From: an uncultured Collinsella sp.
Lineage (GTDB): Bacteria > Actinomycetota > Coriobacteriia > Coriobacteriales > Coriobacteriaceae
Direction: 5' to 3'
Assembly: GCA_900545835.1 (NCBI GenBank)
Contig: URBB01000001.1
Span: forward strand, 1-45,792
Length of the DNA: 45,792 nt
Shown here piece by piece: positions 26,602-35,918 of this stretch. A program made the translations under genes and the position numbers. Position 1 is the first letter of the stretch; every line of letters starts with the position of its first letter. A model generated the notes under the pieces. The model ran no database searches and was not told the origin of the DNA. It was given only the letters and a program-made list of their open reading frames with translations.

Positions 26602-28215
26602 TTACGCCTTGACGGTCGCAACGCCCCTGAAGGACATGCTCGTCGTGCCGATGCCCTTGAAGCCATCGAGGGCCTCGCCGTTGGGCGCAGTGGACGGATC
26701 GTCCCAGGAAGCGGAGACGGTCTTGACGTGGACAACGGGGTACAGAACGGCGTTGTCGGCAATGATGTCGAAGCACTCGTTCCACTTCTTCTGCTGCTCG
26801 TCGCCCTCGGCGGCAAGAGCCTCGTCCATGAGACTGTGGAGCTTCTGCCACTCAGCGGACTCCTTCCACGGGCAACGGGTCTGCATCCAGACGTTGTCGC
26901 CGTACCACCAGTTGAGCAGCAGGTCGGGGTCGGCGCCGAAGCAGGAAGGATCGCCAGGGGCAAGGAGGATATCGTAGGCCTCGCCGCCGTCGATGGCAGC
27001 GTAGGTGGCCGGCGAGGTATCGGTCTGGATGGTCACATCGAAGCCGAGAGCGTCGAGGTCGTTCTTGACCTGGGCGGCCATGCCCTTAATCTGCTCGTTG
27101 TCGGTGGTGCGCAGGGTGATGGCACCCGGGGTGATGCCAGACTCCTCGATGAGCTTCTTAGCCTTCTTGGCGTCGGTCTTGTACACCGTGGAAGCCTCAT
27201 GATAGTTGGTGAAGCTCTTGGGCAGGTAGCAGCTGGCAGCGGTGGCAAGGCCGGCGAAGGTGTTGCTGACCATCTTCTCGGTGTCGAGCGCATACATGAC
27301 AGCCTGACGGACCTTGACGTTGTTCCAAGGCTCCTTGGCGACGTTGAACATGATGAAGCGGGTGCCGAAACCCTGAACGTTATCGATCTTGCAGCCGGCG
27401 CTCTCGAGCTGGTCGACGGCGTCAGCGGTAACGAGCTCCATAACGAGCGTGGAGCCCTCCTGCTGAGCGGTAACGCGAGCGGTGGGGTCGGTCAGGATGC
27501 TGTACTGGATCTTCTTATCCTCGGCAGCATACTCACCGTTGTACTCGGGGTTGGGAACCAGGGTGATCTCGGTATCGGAGATAGAGTCGTACATCCAGGG
27601 GCCGGAACCGATCGGCTGCTTGGCGCGATCCTCCTCGGTCTGGGTGGCCGGGGTAACGCGGACGATGGCCAGACGATCCTTGAGCAGGGAGAAGTTGGGG
27701 ACCTTAGTCTTGACCGTCACGGTGCTGGCGTCCTTGGCCTCGATGGACTCGAAGGGCTGGAAGAACGGAGCATAGGTAGCGGAAGCGGCGCAAGCGGTGT
27801 AGGAGGCAACGACATCGTCAGCGGTGACCTCGGTGCCATCGGAGAACTTGGCGCCCTTGCGGATGGTGACCTCGAAAGTGGTGTCGTCCACAGACTTGGG
27901 ATCGTCGGTGGCGAGCTCGTTGAAGGTGCTGTAGTCGTGGTAATCGATGCCGTAGAGGCCCTCGACGACGTGCCAGTTAGCACCCAGGCCCACAGCGGAG
28001 CCGGTGCTGGCGGGATCGAAGCTGGACGGAGCGTAAGCGGAACCAGCGGTGATCACGCCGCCGCCACGGTTGGCGGAATCGGTGGAGCCGGAAGCGGAAC
28101 CCTCGTCGCTAGAGCTGCCACCGCAGCCAGTGAGACCAAGGCCGGCGACAGCAGCGACGCTGCCGGTGAGGCCGAGGAACGAACGCCTGGACATACCCTT
28201 GTTGATGATGGCCAT
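26602..28215 (-). CDS. Family-5 substrate-binding lipoprotein, probable sialic-acid binding (NanB/SiaE-like), Tat signal
   Basis: MSRRSFLG...LTGC lipobox; KFSDGTEVTADDV, IGSGPW, VRQAVMYALD; first gene of the nan operon. Confidence 0.85.
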   Translation of the reverse strand: MAIINKGMSRRSFLGLTGSVAAVAGLGLTGCGGSSSDEGSASGSTDSANRGGGVITAGSAYAPSSFDPASTGSAVGLGANWHVVEGLYGIDYHDYSTFNELATDDPKSVDDTTFEVTIRKGAKFSDGTEVTADDVVASYTACAASATYAPFFQPFESIEAKDASTVTVKTKVPNFSLLKDRLAIVRVTPATQTEEDRAKQPIGSGPWMYDSISDTEITLVPNPEYNGEYAAEDKKIQYSILTDPTARVTAQQEGSTLVMELVTADAVDQLESAGCKIDNVQGFGTRFIMFNVAKEPWNNVKVRQAVMYALDTEKMVSNTFAGLATAASCYLPKSFTNYHEASTVYKTDAKKAKKLIEESGITPGAITLRTTDNEQIKGMAAQVKNDLDALGFDVTIQTDTSPATYAAIDGGEAYDILLAPGDPSCFGADPDLLLNWWYGDNVWMQTRCPWKESAEWQKLHSLMDEALAAEGDEQQKKWNECFDIIADNAVLYPVVHVKTVSASWDDPSTAPNGEALDGFKGIGTTSMSFRGVATVKA

Positions 28216-28333
28216 GTCTTCTCCTATCAATAGAGAATCTTACTCGGGAGCACCTAGACGTGCCCCCGCGCAACTTGCGGACGATATATACCTTACCTAC
28301 CGACGAACCCAACTGAGGTGCCGCGCTCGGCGA

Positions 28334-28416
28334 CCGATACATACATACGCTTGAACGGTATTTACTACCGTTCACCGAATTCATTGACAAATGATTCGCC
28401 AGACAGTATGTATCGG
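28334..28416. promoter_or_regulatory. Nested inverted repeats upstream of the nan operon, operator candidates
   Basis: CCGATACATAC (28334-28344) / GTATGTATCGG (28406-28416); TGAACGGTA-N5-TACCGTTCA (28352-28374). Confidence 0.5.
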
Positions 28417-28579
28417 CGAGGTGAGATATCAGTCTTCGTCAACCCGCAGGATAGCAGGGTTTTCGCTTGGGTTAGTCAAACGTTTTAGCGTTAATAAAAC
28501 CCGAAATCAGCAGGCAATCATGGCGAAATAAATGGTTGAAAATCGCGCAATCATGTATATCAGTTGTTTAGGCTCGTGT

Positions 28580-30526
28580 TTAGCTATCGGAATGGCCAGC
28601 CGCCGCCTCGGCGCGCTCGGCATTCCATGCAACGAGTGCCTCGTGGACCGCCTTGGCAACATCGGCAGGTATGCCGCGAACTTTCGCGATCTCTTGCTCG
28701 CTCGCCGCGCGCAAACGCTTCATCGAGCCAAAATGGCGCATAAGGGCACGTTTTCTGGTGGGTCCCACGCCTGGAACGTCATCGAGCACCGAAACCGTCA
28801 TGGCTTTATCGCGCAACTCACGGTGGAACGTGATGGCAAATCGGTGGGACTCATCGCGTACCTGTTTAATTAGATAGAGCGAAGCAGACCCGGTCGGCAG
28901 CACGACAGGAGTCTCGTCCCAAGGCACAAAAACTTCCTCGTCGGCCTTCGCCAAGCCACAAACTGGTATATCGAGCCCAAGAGCCTCAAGTTGCTTGATC
29001 GCAGCGGTCAATTGCGGCTTACCGCCATCGACAACGAGCAAATCGGGGCGCGAGCCAAAGCGCTCGTCGGCCATGCGCTCGGGAGCATAGCGTCGTCCCA
29101 AAACCTCGGACATCGACACGAAGTCGTTTGCCTCGTCCAATTCGGCCTGAATTTTAAAACGACGGTACTGGCTCTTGTCGGCGCGCCCGTTGGTAAACAC
29201 CACCATCGAGGCGACCGTAAAGGTGCCATGCAGTGTAGAGATATCGAAGCACTCGATACGCAACGGCGGCGATGGCAGCGCCAACGCACTTTCGAGCTCC
29301 AGGAGCGCTTGATTGGTGCGGTCGTCAGCGTACCCCGTTCGCATCATGTAGCGCATGAGGGCATGGCGCGCATTTTTGGATGCCATATCGAGCAGACGGT
29401 ACTTTTCGCCACGCTGCGGCCTATGGAGATGGCAGGAACGCTCACGCTTGCCCGCAAGCCACTCCCCCAGCGCCTCCGCATCCTCAAGCTCGACGGAAAG
29501 GTTGACCTCAGCTGGAATATCAGCCGTCTCGTCGTAATAGCGCTTAAGAAAGCCCGACTGGAGCTCTTCCTCGTCAACATCAAGACCCTTGTCGAGAATG
29601 AACTCGCAGGTGCGAACTGTTCGGCCCTCGCGAACGACGAAGACGCAAGCGGCGGAGATGGTCTCCTCGCGATAGAACCCGATGACATCGATATCGACAC
29701 TGGAGGGAAAAACGACTTGCTGACGATCGTCCAGACCCCTGATGACCTCCAAACGACGTTTGACGCGTGCCGCGCGCTCAAAGTCGAGCGCCTCGGCGGC
29801 ATCCGTCATCTCGGAGGTCAGCTCATCGACGACATCCTTGCGATGGCCCGACAAAAAGCGCTCGACACGCTTGACGTTCTTGGCATAGTCTGCCGGGGAA
29901 ATCGCGCCGACACACGCACCCGGGCCGCGCCCGACATGGTAGTCAAAGCAGGGACGCCCGTTTTGTGCGCAAATCATATTGACGATGTCTTCCTCGCCCT
30001 TGTGGGACTCGATGGTACGGCGACAACGACGCCACTCCGCACAGGATGCAGAGCAGATGGGGATAACCTTGCGCAGCGTATCTATCGTCTCACGTGCCGC
30101 ACGGCTATCGGTATAGGGTCCAAAATAGCGCGTTCCCGGCTTATGACGCTCACGCGTGTATTTGATCGCGGGATACAGGTCGCCCTTTGTAATGGCGATA
30201 AAGGGGTAGCTCTTGTCATCCTTGAGGTCGACGTTAAAGTACGGATGGTACTGGCCGATCAGGTTGCGCTCGAGTACAAGCGCCTCATGCTCGGTTTCGA
30301 CAACGATGTAGTCAAAGCTCGCCACTAGCTGCATCATCAGCGGGATCTTTTGACGCTCATCCTGCAGTGTCACGTATTGACGCATGCGGGCGCGCAGGTT
30401 TTTCGCCTTGCCCACGTAGATGACATCGCCCTTGGCATCCTTCCAAAGGTAGCATCCGGGCTGTGTGGGAACGCGCGAAACCTGCTCGGCAAGCGTTGGT
30501 ATGTTGTCGTGACCGGCCACGCGCAC
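28580..30526 (-). CDS. uvrC: Excinuclease ABC subunit C
   Basis: GIY-YIG PGCYLW...IYVGKAKNLR, DDKSYP, RIECFDIS, VDGGKPQ, QVRDESHRFA, HhH PGVGP. Confidence 0.96.
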   Translation of the reverse strand: MRVAGHDNIPTLAEQVSRVPTQPGCYLWKDAKGDVIYVGKAKNLRARMRQYVTLQDERQKIPLMMQLVASFDYIVVETEHEALVLERNLIGQYHPYFNVDLKDDKSYPFIAITKGDLYPAIKYTRERHKPGTRYFGPYTDSRAARETIDTLRKVIPICSASCAEWRRCRRTIESHKGEEDIVNMICAQNGRPCFDYHVGRGPGACVGAISPADYAKNVKRVERFLSGHRKDVVDELTSEMTDAAEALDFERAARVKRRLEVIRGLDDRQQVVFPSSVDIDVIGFYREETISAACVFVVREGRTVRTCEFILDKGLDVDEEELQSGFLKRYYDETADIPAEVNLSVELEDAEALGEWLAGKRERSCHLHRPQRGEKYRLLDMASKNARHALMRYMMRTGYADDRTNQALLELESALALPSPPLRIECFDISTLHGTFTVASMVVFTNGRADKSQYRRFKIQAELDEANDFVSMSEVLGRRYAPERMADERFGSRPDLLVVDGGKPQLTAAIKQLEALGLDIPVCGLAKADEEVFVPWDETPVVLPTGSASLYLIKQVRDESHRFAITFHRELRDKAMTVSVLDDVPGVGPTRKRALMRHFGSMKRLRAASEQEIAKVRGIPADVAKAVHEALVAWNAERAEAAAGHSDS

Positions 30527-32209
30527 CTACTTGCGACGAAGCAGCGCCGAGACCTCGGGCATCTTAAGGACGACGGCAAGGCCAAAGGTAACAACAAGCG
30601 AGGCGACACCCGCAACGCAAACGTAGCCAAGAGTAATCAGAATCGAGCCGCCAAGTGCCCCGACAAAGTGTTCAAGCGCCCACATGACGCCGGCGCCTGC
30701 GGCAGCACCTAGGCCACCGAGCAAAAGGCCAAAGAAACCGCCATGTAGGATAGATTTGACCTGAAGGCCACGCAGGCGACGACGCAGCCACCACAGCGAA
30801 CAGCCGACCAAGATCACGTAGTCGACGACATACGAAAGCGCGATTGCCGGCATACCGAAGCCCAGCACAACGCCAAACAGCAGAACCGAGCCGGCCTGGC
30901 CGATGGCGGAATACAGGCAATAGCGGCTATAGGGCTTCATGTCGAGCAAGGCAGAGAAGCTCTTCTGTATCAACACGACCACGCCGTAGAGCGGCAGCGA
31001 GAGCGCCAGGTAGACAAGGTACTCGGACACCAGCGCCACGCCGGATTCATCGAACTTGCCAGCACAGTAGATCATATTGAGCGGACGTGCGAAGACAATC
31101 AGGTACAGTGCGAACGGAATCAGGAAGAACAGCATCTGGGCGACGCCACGCGAAATGCCCGTGCGAACGCTGTCGTAATCCTTCTCCTGTGCGTCATGAG
31201 AGAGCTCGGTATAGAGCGCCGTCGAAAGCGAGGCGGCAATCAGCGCGTAGGGCAGCGTGTACCACAGGCGCGCATAGGCGATGACGGAAGGACCCGTCTC
31301 GGGCTGGACCACCAGCGCGGCAGCGTTGGTGATAGAAGTCGAGACAAACATGCACACCGTGGCGAGCAGCGTCGGGATACCGAGCGCAATCGTCTGGCGC
31401 AGCGCGGGGTCCTTAAAGTCGATATGGATATGGGGATGCACGCCGTGCTTGCCAAGCGCGGGAATCTGACATGCCATCTGAACAAAGACACCGAGGGTCG
31501 TACCGGCCGCAATCAAGATGATGCCGGCACGTTCGCCAAACTGTGCGGACACGGGCGCAAAACCCATAAAGCTCGCAATGACGATCACATTGTTGAGGAC
31601 CGGGGCAAACGTCGACCAGAAGTAGTCGCGGTGTGCGTTGAGAACGCCCGAGAACACCGAGCCCAAACCATAAAACAGAATCTGGATGGCAAAGAAACGG
31701 AACATGAACGCAGCGGTATCCATGCTGCCACCGTCACCCGAAAGGAACGATTGCGTCCAGATAAAGCCCGGGGCGAACACGGTCCCCAGCAACGAAATGC
31801 CACCCAGCACTAAAAGCAGAATGCCGAGCAGGTTGCCCACGTACTCGTTCGAGGCCTCGCGACCCTGCTCACGCCTCACGCCCATGTACACGGGCAAAAA
31901 CGCCGTCACGAGCATGCCACCCATCACGAGTTCGTAGAGCATATTGGGCAGGTTGTTGGCGACCTGATAGGAGGACGAGAGTAGCGACATGCCGATAGCG
32001 GCCGCCATTGCCCACGTGCGGATAAAACCGGTGACGCGAGACACGATAGTCAGGATGGTCATAAGCCCGGCGGAACGACCAACCGTGGAGTAGTCCGACG
32101 AGCCCATGTCGTCAGTGTCATCTCGCGACGAAGAAGCTTCGGATGAGGGTGTCTGAGGCGCAGATTCTTTTGCAAAATGAGCTCCGCGCTTCAATTCTTC
32201 CTGCGGCAT
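30527..32209 (-). CDS. murJ: Lipid II flippase MurJ/MviN family
   Basis: SRVTGFIR, YQVANNLPN, AFLPVY, GVLNAHR, APVLNN; many TM segments. Confidence 0.87.
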   Translation of the reverse strand: MPQEELKRGAHFAKESAPQTPSSEASSSRDDTDDMGSSDYSTVGRSAGLMTILTIVSRVTGFIRTWAMAAAIGMSLLSSSYQVANNLPNMLYELVMGGMLVTAFLPVYMGVRREQGREASNEYVGNLLGILLLVLGGISLLGTVFAPGFIWTQSFLSGDGGSMDTAAFMFRFFAIQILFYGLGSVFSGVLNAHRDYFWSTFAPVLNNVIVIASFMGFAPVSAQFGERAGIILIAAGTTLGVFVQMACQIPALGKHGVHPHIHIDFKDPALRQTIALGIPTLLATVCMFVSTSITNAAALVVQPETGPSVIAYARLWYTLPYALIAASLSTALYTELSHDAQEKDYDSVRTGISRGVAQMLFFLIPFALYLIVFARPLNMIYCAGKFDESGVALVSEYLVYLALSLPLYGVVVLIQKSFSALLDMKPYSRYCLYSAIGQAGSVLLFGVVLGFGMPAIALSYVVDYVILVGCSLWWLRRRLRGLQVKSILHGGFFGLLLGGLGAAAGAGVMWALEHFVGALGGSILITLGYVCVAGVASLVVTFGLAVVLKMPEVSALLRRK

Positions 32210-32212
32210 CGC

Positions 32213-32713
32213 TCAGTCCTCTCTCGTAATCGCGGCAACCGTCGCCCCGCAAAATGCAATTAAATCATCGGGTGCAAGCTCGAGCTGATAACCACGCTTG
32301 CCTCCCGAAATAAAAATGGTATCCCAAAGGACACACGTCTCATCAATGAGCGTCCGGTAGCGTTTTTTCATACCGACCGGGCTGCAGCCGCCGCGAACGT
32401 AGCCAGTCGCCGCAAGCAAATCCTTCACATGCATCATAACCAAGGACTTCTCCCCCGCGGCACGCGCGGCGGACTTTAGATCGAGCTCATCGGCAACAGG
32501 GATGCAGCACACGACATGGTCGTTGGACGGCGTCACGCAGACCAAGGTCTTAAATCCTTGACCGGGCTCCTCGCCAAGCTGCTCCGAAATCGCGACCCCC
32601 AGGCCCACCGACTCATCACCATCGTCTTCGTACGTATGTAGAACATAGGAAATGCCGGCGCTTTCCAGCTCGCGCATCGCATTGGTTTTTGGCGTCTTTA
32701 CAGCCTTTGCCAT
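32213..32713 (-). CDS. ybaK: Cys-tRNA(Pro) deacylase YbaK/EbsC
   Basis: KTNAMREL, FKTLV, TGYVRGGCSPVGMKK, SGGKRG. Confidence 0.9.
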   Translation of the reverse strand: MAKAVKTPKTNAMRELESAGISYVLHTYEDDGDESVGLGVAISEQLGEEPGQGFKTLVCVTPSNDHVVCCIPVADELDLKSAARAAGEKSLVMMHVKDLLAATGYVRGGCSPVGMKKRYRTLIDETCVLWDTIFISGGKRGYQLELAPDDLIAFCGATVAAITRED

Positions 32714-32794
32714 GACATATCCTTTCCCTCGCATTCGGACGCAAAGATTAAGTATATGTCCAATTCGGCTGCATACGTCACTTCGGCACAGCAA

Positions 32795-32825
32795 GCGCCA
32801 TCGAATCACAAGGAGTCGATGGCGC
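32795..32825 (-). other. Hairpin between uvrA and ybaK
   Basis: GCGCCATCGA...TCGATGGCGC 10-bp inverted repeat, weak U-tract. Confidence 0.45.
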
Positions 32826-32845
32826 CCATAAACTGAATCGCCTAT

Positions 32846-35725
32846 TTATTGAGCATCAAGTTGAGCCTGACGCTCCCGGTCACGCCTGAGCAAAGGCGCC
32901 AAAAACTTGCCCGTATAACTCTGCGGACAGTCCGCAACCTGCTCCGGTGTGCCCGAAACCACGACGGTTCCGCCGCCGTTACCGCCCTCGGGACCCATAT
33001 CGATCAGGCGGTCGGCAACCTTGATGACATCAAGGTTGTGCTCAATCACCAGCACCGTGTTGCCCGCATCGACCAAGCGCTGCAGCACATCGAGCAGCTG
33101 GCGGACGTCCTCAAAATGAAGACCGGTCGTCGGCTCGTCCAAAATATAGAACGTCTTGCCCGTCTGGCGTCGATGAAGCTCCTTGGCGAGCTTCACACGC
33201 TGCGCCTCGCCGCCCGAGAGCGTCGTGGCGGGCTGGCCCAGGCTCACGTAGCCCAAGCCTACATCGTACAGCGTCTGGAGCTTTCGCTTGATCTGCGGGA
33301 TATTCCCAAAGAAGGCCAGCGCCTCGGTGACGCTCATGTCGAGCACGTCCGAGATGGTCTTGCCACGGTAGGTGACCTCGAGTGTCTCGCGGTTGTAGCG
33401 TTTACCGCCGCAAACTTCGCAGGGAACGTAGATATCGGGAAGGAAGTGCATCTCGATCTTAATCTGCCCATCGCCCTTGCACGCCTCACAGCGCCCGCCA
33501 CTCACATTAAAGGAGAAACGACCCGGCGAGTAGCCGCGCGCCTTCGACTCCGGCGTACTCGCAAACAGCGCGCGAAGATCATCCCACAGGCCGATATAGG
33601 TAGCAGGGTTGGAGCGCGGCGTGCGGCCAATCGGCGACTGGTCGATATCGATAACCTTATCGATGCACTCGATGCCCTCGATTTTCTTATACGGACCCAC
33701 AGGGCGCGTCGAGCGGTGAATGGCATTCGTAAGGGCAGGCGCAATGGTGTCGGTAACCAGGGAGCTCTTGCCCGATCCCGACACGCCGGTAACAACCGTA
33801 AGCGTACCAAACTCGATTTTGGCAGTAACGTTTTTGAGGTTGTTGGCTCGAGCGCCCGTAATTTTAAGGCAGCCGCGACCGGGCTTGCGCCGTTCATCAG
33901 GCACCCGGATCATTCGTTTACCGGTCAGATAAGCGCCCGTCATCGACTCGGGACACGCCATGATATCGGCAGGCGTTCCCGCCGCGACTACGTGTCCGCC
34001 GTTGACGCCGGCGCCGGGCCCCATGTCGATCACGTAATCGGCGGCACGGATTGTATCCTCGTCGTGTTCGACGACGATAACGGTATTGCCGATATCGCGC
34101 AGGCGCTCGAGCGTCTTAATCAGGCGCTCGTTGTCACGCTGATGAAGACCGATCGAGGGCTCGTCCAGAATATAGAGCACGCCCATGAGACCCGCGCCGA
34201 TCTGCGTTGCCAGTCGAATACGCTGCGCCTCGCCACCGGAAAGCGTCGCCGAGGCACGATCGAGCGTCAGATAGTCGAGTCCAACATCGACCAGAAAACG
34301 CAAGCGCTCCAGGATTTCCTTGACGATACGGCCGCCGATAAACTGTTGGCGCTCGGTGAGTTCCAGGCCCTCAAAAAACTCGAGCGATTCACGGCACGAC
34401 AGGCAACAAACCTCGTAAATGGACTTGCCGCCCACGGTGACGGCGAGCATCTCAGGGCGCAAACGAGCGCCGTGGCAGCTCGAGCACGGCTCCTCGCGAA
34501 TGTACTTCTCCAGGCGCGCCTTGGTGTTCTCGTTCGTCGTCTCGGTATAGCGTTCGTACAGGATGTTGCGAACGCCCGAAAACTTGGTATCCCACTGGCT
34601 GCGACGTCCGTCGAGCTTTTGGTAGTCGACCGAGATCTTCGTATCGCCCAGGCCATCCAAGAATGCACGACGCACGCGAGGAGGCAAGTCCTCCCACGGC
34701 GTATCGGCGCTCACCTTAAAGTGTTTGCAGACCGCAGCAAAAATCTGCGGATAGTAGTTCGAATTGCCGAACAGACTACCAAAGACTCCGTCGGCAATGG
34801 ACTTCGAGGGGTCCTCGATCAGCGCCTCGGCATCAACGGTTTTCTTAAAGCCCAGGCCGTCGCACTCAGGACATGCGCCATAGGGAGCGTTGAACGAAAA
34901 ATCACGCGGTTGAAGATCGTCAATGGAGTGACCATGCTCCGGGCACGCCAAGGCTAACGAATACTCCAGCAGCTCGCCCTCGGTCCCCTCGGGAGCATCA
35001 CGATCGGGCAGCATGTACACGTTTACATTGCCGTGAGCCAGCGCGGTCGCCTGCTCAACAGACTCGGCTATACGGCCCAGAGAGTTCTCACGGATCACGA
35101 TGCGATCGACCACGACCTCGATATCGTGCTTGAACTTCTTGTCCAGATCGATCGGATCGTCGAGCGAGCGCACTTCACCGTCGACACGCACGCGGCTAAA
35201 GCCCTCGGCGCGAAGGTCCTCAAACAGTTTGGAGTACTCGCCTTTTCGCCCGCGCACCACCGGTGCCAGCACAAACGCGCGGCGGCCCTCCCCCGCCGCC
35301 AAGACCTTGTCGGCAACCTGGTCGGTCGTCTGGCGCTCAATGACGCGGCCGCATTCGGGACAGTGCGGGGTGCCCACACGGGCGAACAGCAGGCGCAGAT
35401 AGTCATAAATCTCGGTTACGGTGCCAACCGTCGAGCGAGGGTTTTTAGACGTCGTCTTTTGGTCGATCGACACCGCCGGCGAAAGGCCGTCGATTGAATC
35501 CAAGTCGGGTTTGTCCATCTGGCCCAAGAACTGGCGCGCATAGCTCGAAAGGCTCTCGACGTATCGACGCTGGCCCTCGGCATAGATAGTGTCAAATGCC
35601 AGCGAGCTCTTGCCCGAGCCAGAAAGACCGGTAATGACCACGAGTTGGTCACGCGGAATGGAAACATCGATATCGCGGAGGTTGTGCTCACGAGCGCCGC
35701 GAATAACGATAGAAGAATCAGACAT
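32846..35725 (-). CDS. uvrA: Excinuclease ABC subunit A
   Basis: [21 protein letters not shown], zinc fingers, two LSGGEAQR motifs, GVSGSGKS. Confidence 0.97.
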   Translation of the reverse strand: MSDSSIVIRGAREHNLRDIDVSIPRDQLVVITGLSGSGKSSLAFDTIYAEGQRRYVESLSSYARQFLGQMDKPDLDSIDGLSPAVSIDQKTTSKNPRSTVGTVTEIYDYLRLLFARVGTPHCPECGRVIERQTTDQVADKVLAAGEGRRAFVLAPVVRGRKGEYSKLFEDLRAEGFSRVRVDGEVRSLDDPIDLDKKFKHDIEVVVDRIVIRENSLGRIAESVEQATALAHGNVNVYMLPDRDAPEGTEGELLEYSLALACPEHGHSIDDLQPRDFSFNAPYGACPECDGLGFKKTVDAEALIEDPSKSIADGVFGSLFGNSNYYPQIFAAVCKHFKVSADTPWEDLPPRVRRAFLDGLGDTKISVDYQKLDGRRSQWDTKFSGVRNILYERYTETTNENTKARLEKYIREEPCSSCHGARLRPEMLAVTVGGKSIYEVCCLSCRESLEFFEGLELTERQQFIGGRIVKEILERLRFLVDVGLDYLTLDRASATLSGGEAQRIRLATQIGAGLMGVLYILDEPSIGLHQRDNERLIKTLERLRDIGNTVIVVEHDEDTIRAADYVIDMGPGAGVNGGHVVAAGTPADIMACPESMTGAYLTGKRMIRVPDERRKPGRGCLKITGARANNLKNVTAKIEFGTLTVVTGVSGSGKSSLVTDTIAPALTNAIHRSTRPVGPYKKIEGIECIDKVIDIDQSPIGRTPRSNPATYIGLWDDLRALFASTPESKARGYSPGRFSFNVSGGRCEACKGDGQIKIEMHFLPDIYVPCEVCGGKRYNRETLEVTYRGKTISDVLDMSVTEALAFFGNIPQIKRKLQTLYDVGLGYVSLGQPATTLSGGEAQRVKLAKELHRRQTGKTFYILDEPTTGLHFEDVRQLLDVLQRLVDAGNTVLVIEHNLDVIKVADRLIDMGPEGGNGGGTVVVSGTPEQVADCPQSYTGKFLAPLLRRDRERQAQLDAQ

Positions 35726-35786
35726 GGAAGCTCCTTGCCTCCTATTGCATCGAATCATACTGCCGATGAGTTTAGCGCACTCGACG

Positions 35787-35800
35787 CGCACAGATGTTCG
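35787..35800 (-). promoter_or_regulatory. LexA (SOS) box upstream of uvrA
   Basis: CGAAC-ATCT-GTGCG, one arm mismatch from the Gram-positive CGAAC-N4-GTTCG consensus, ~60 nt upstream of the uvrA ATG. Confidence 0.65.
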
Positions 35801-35918
35801 TAATACAAGATTCGCAGACCTTTAGCTTTGCGTATCGGGTGCTTTGTTTCTCGAAATACCGTGGAGAGGTTACAGTAATCTAATACTGAACTTAGTTTGC
35901 TGTAACAGAGGAACGTCC

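Noticed and set aside
28384..28412. TTGACA-17-TATGTA plus-strand promoter pointing into the uvrC 3' end
   Set aside because: The -10 lacks the conserved final T and there is no credible downstream gene; cannot be supported from sequence.
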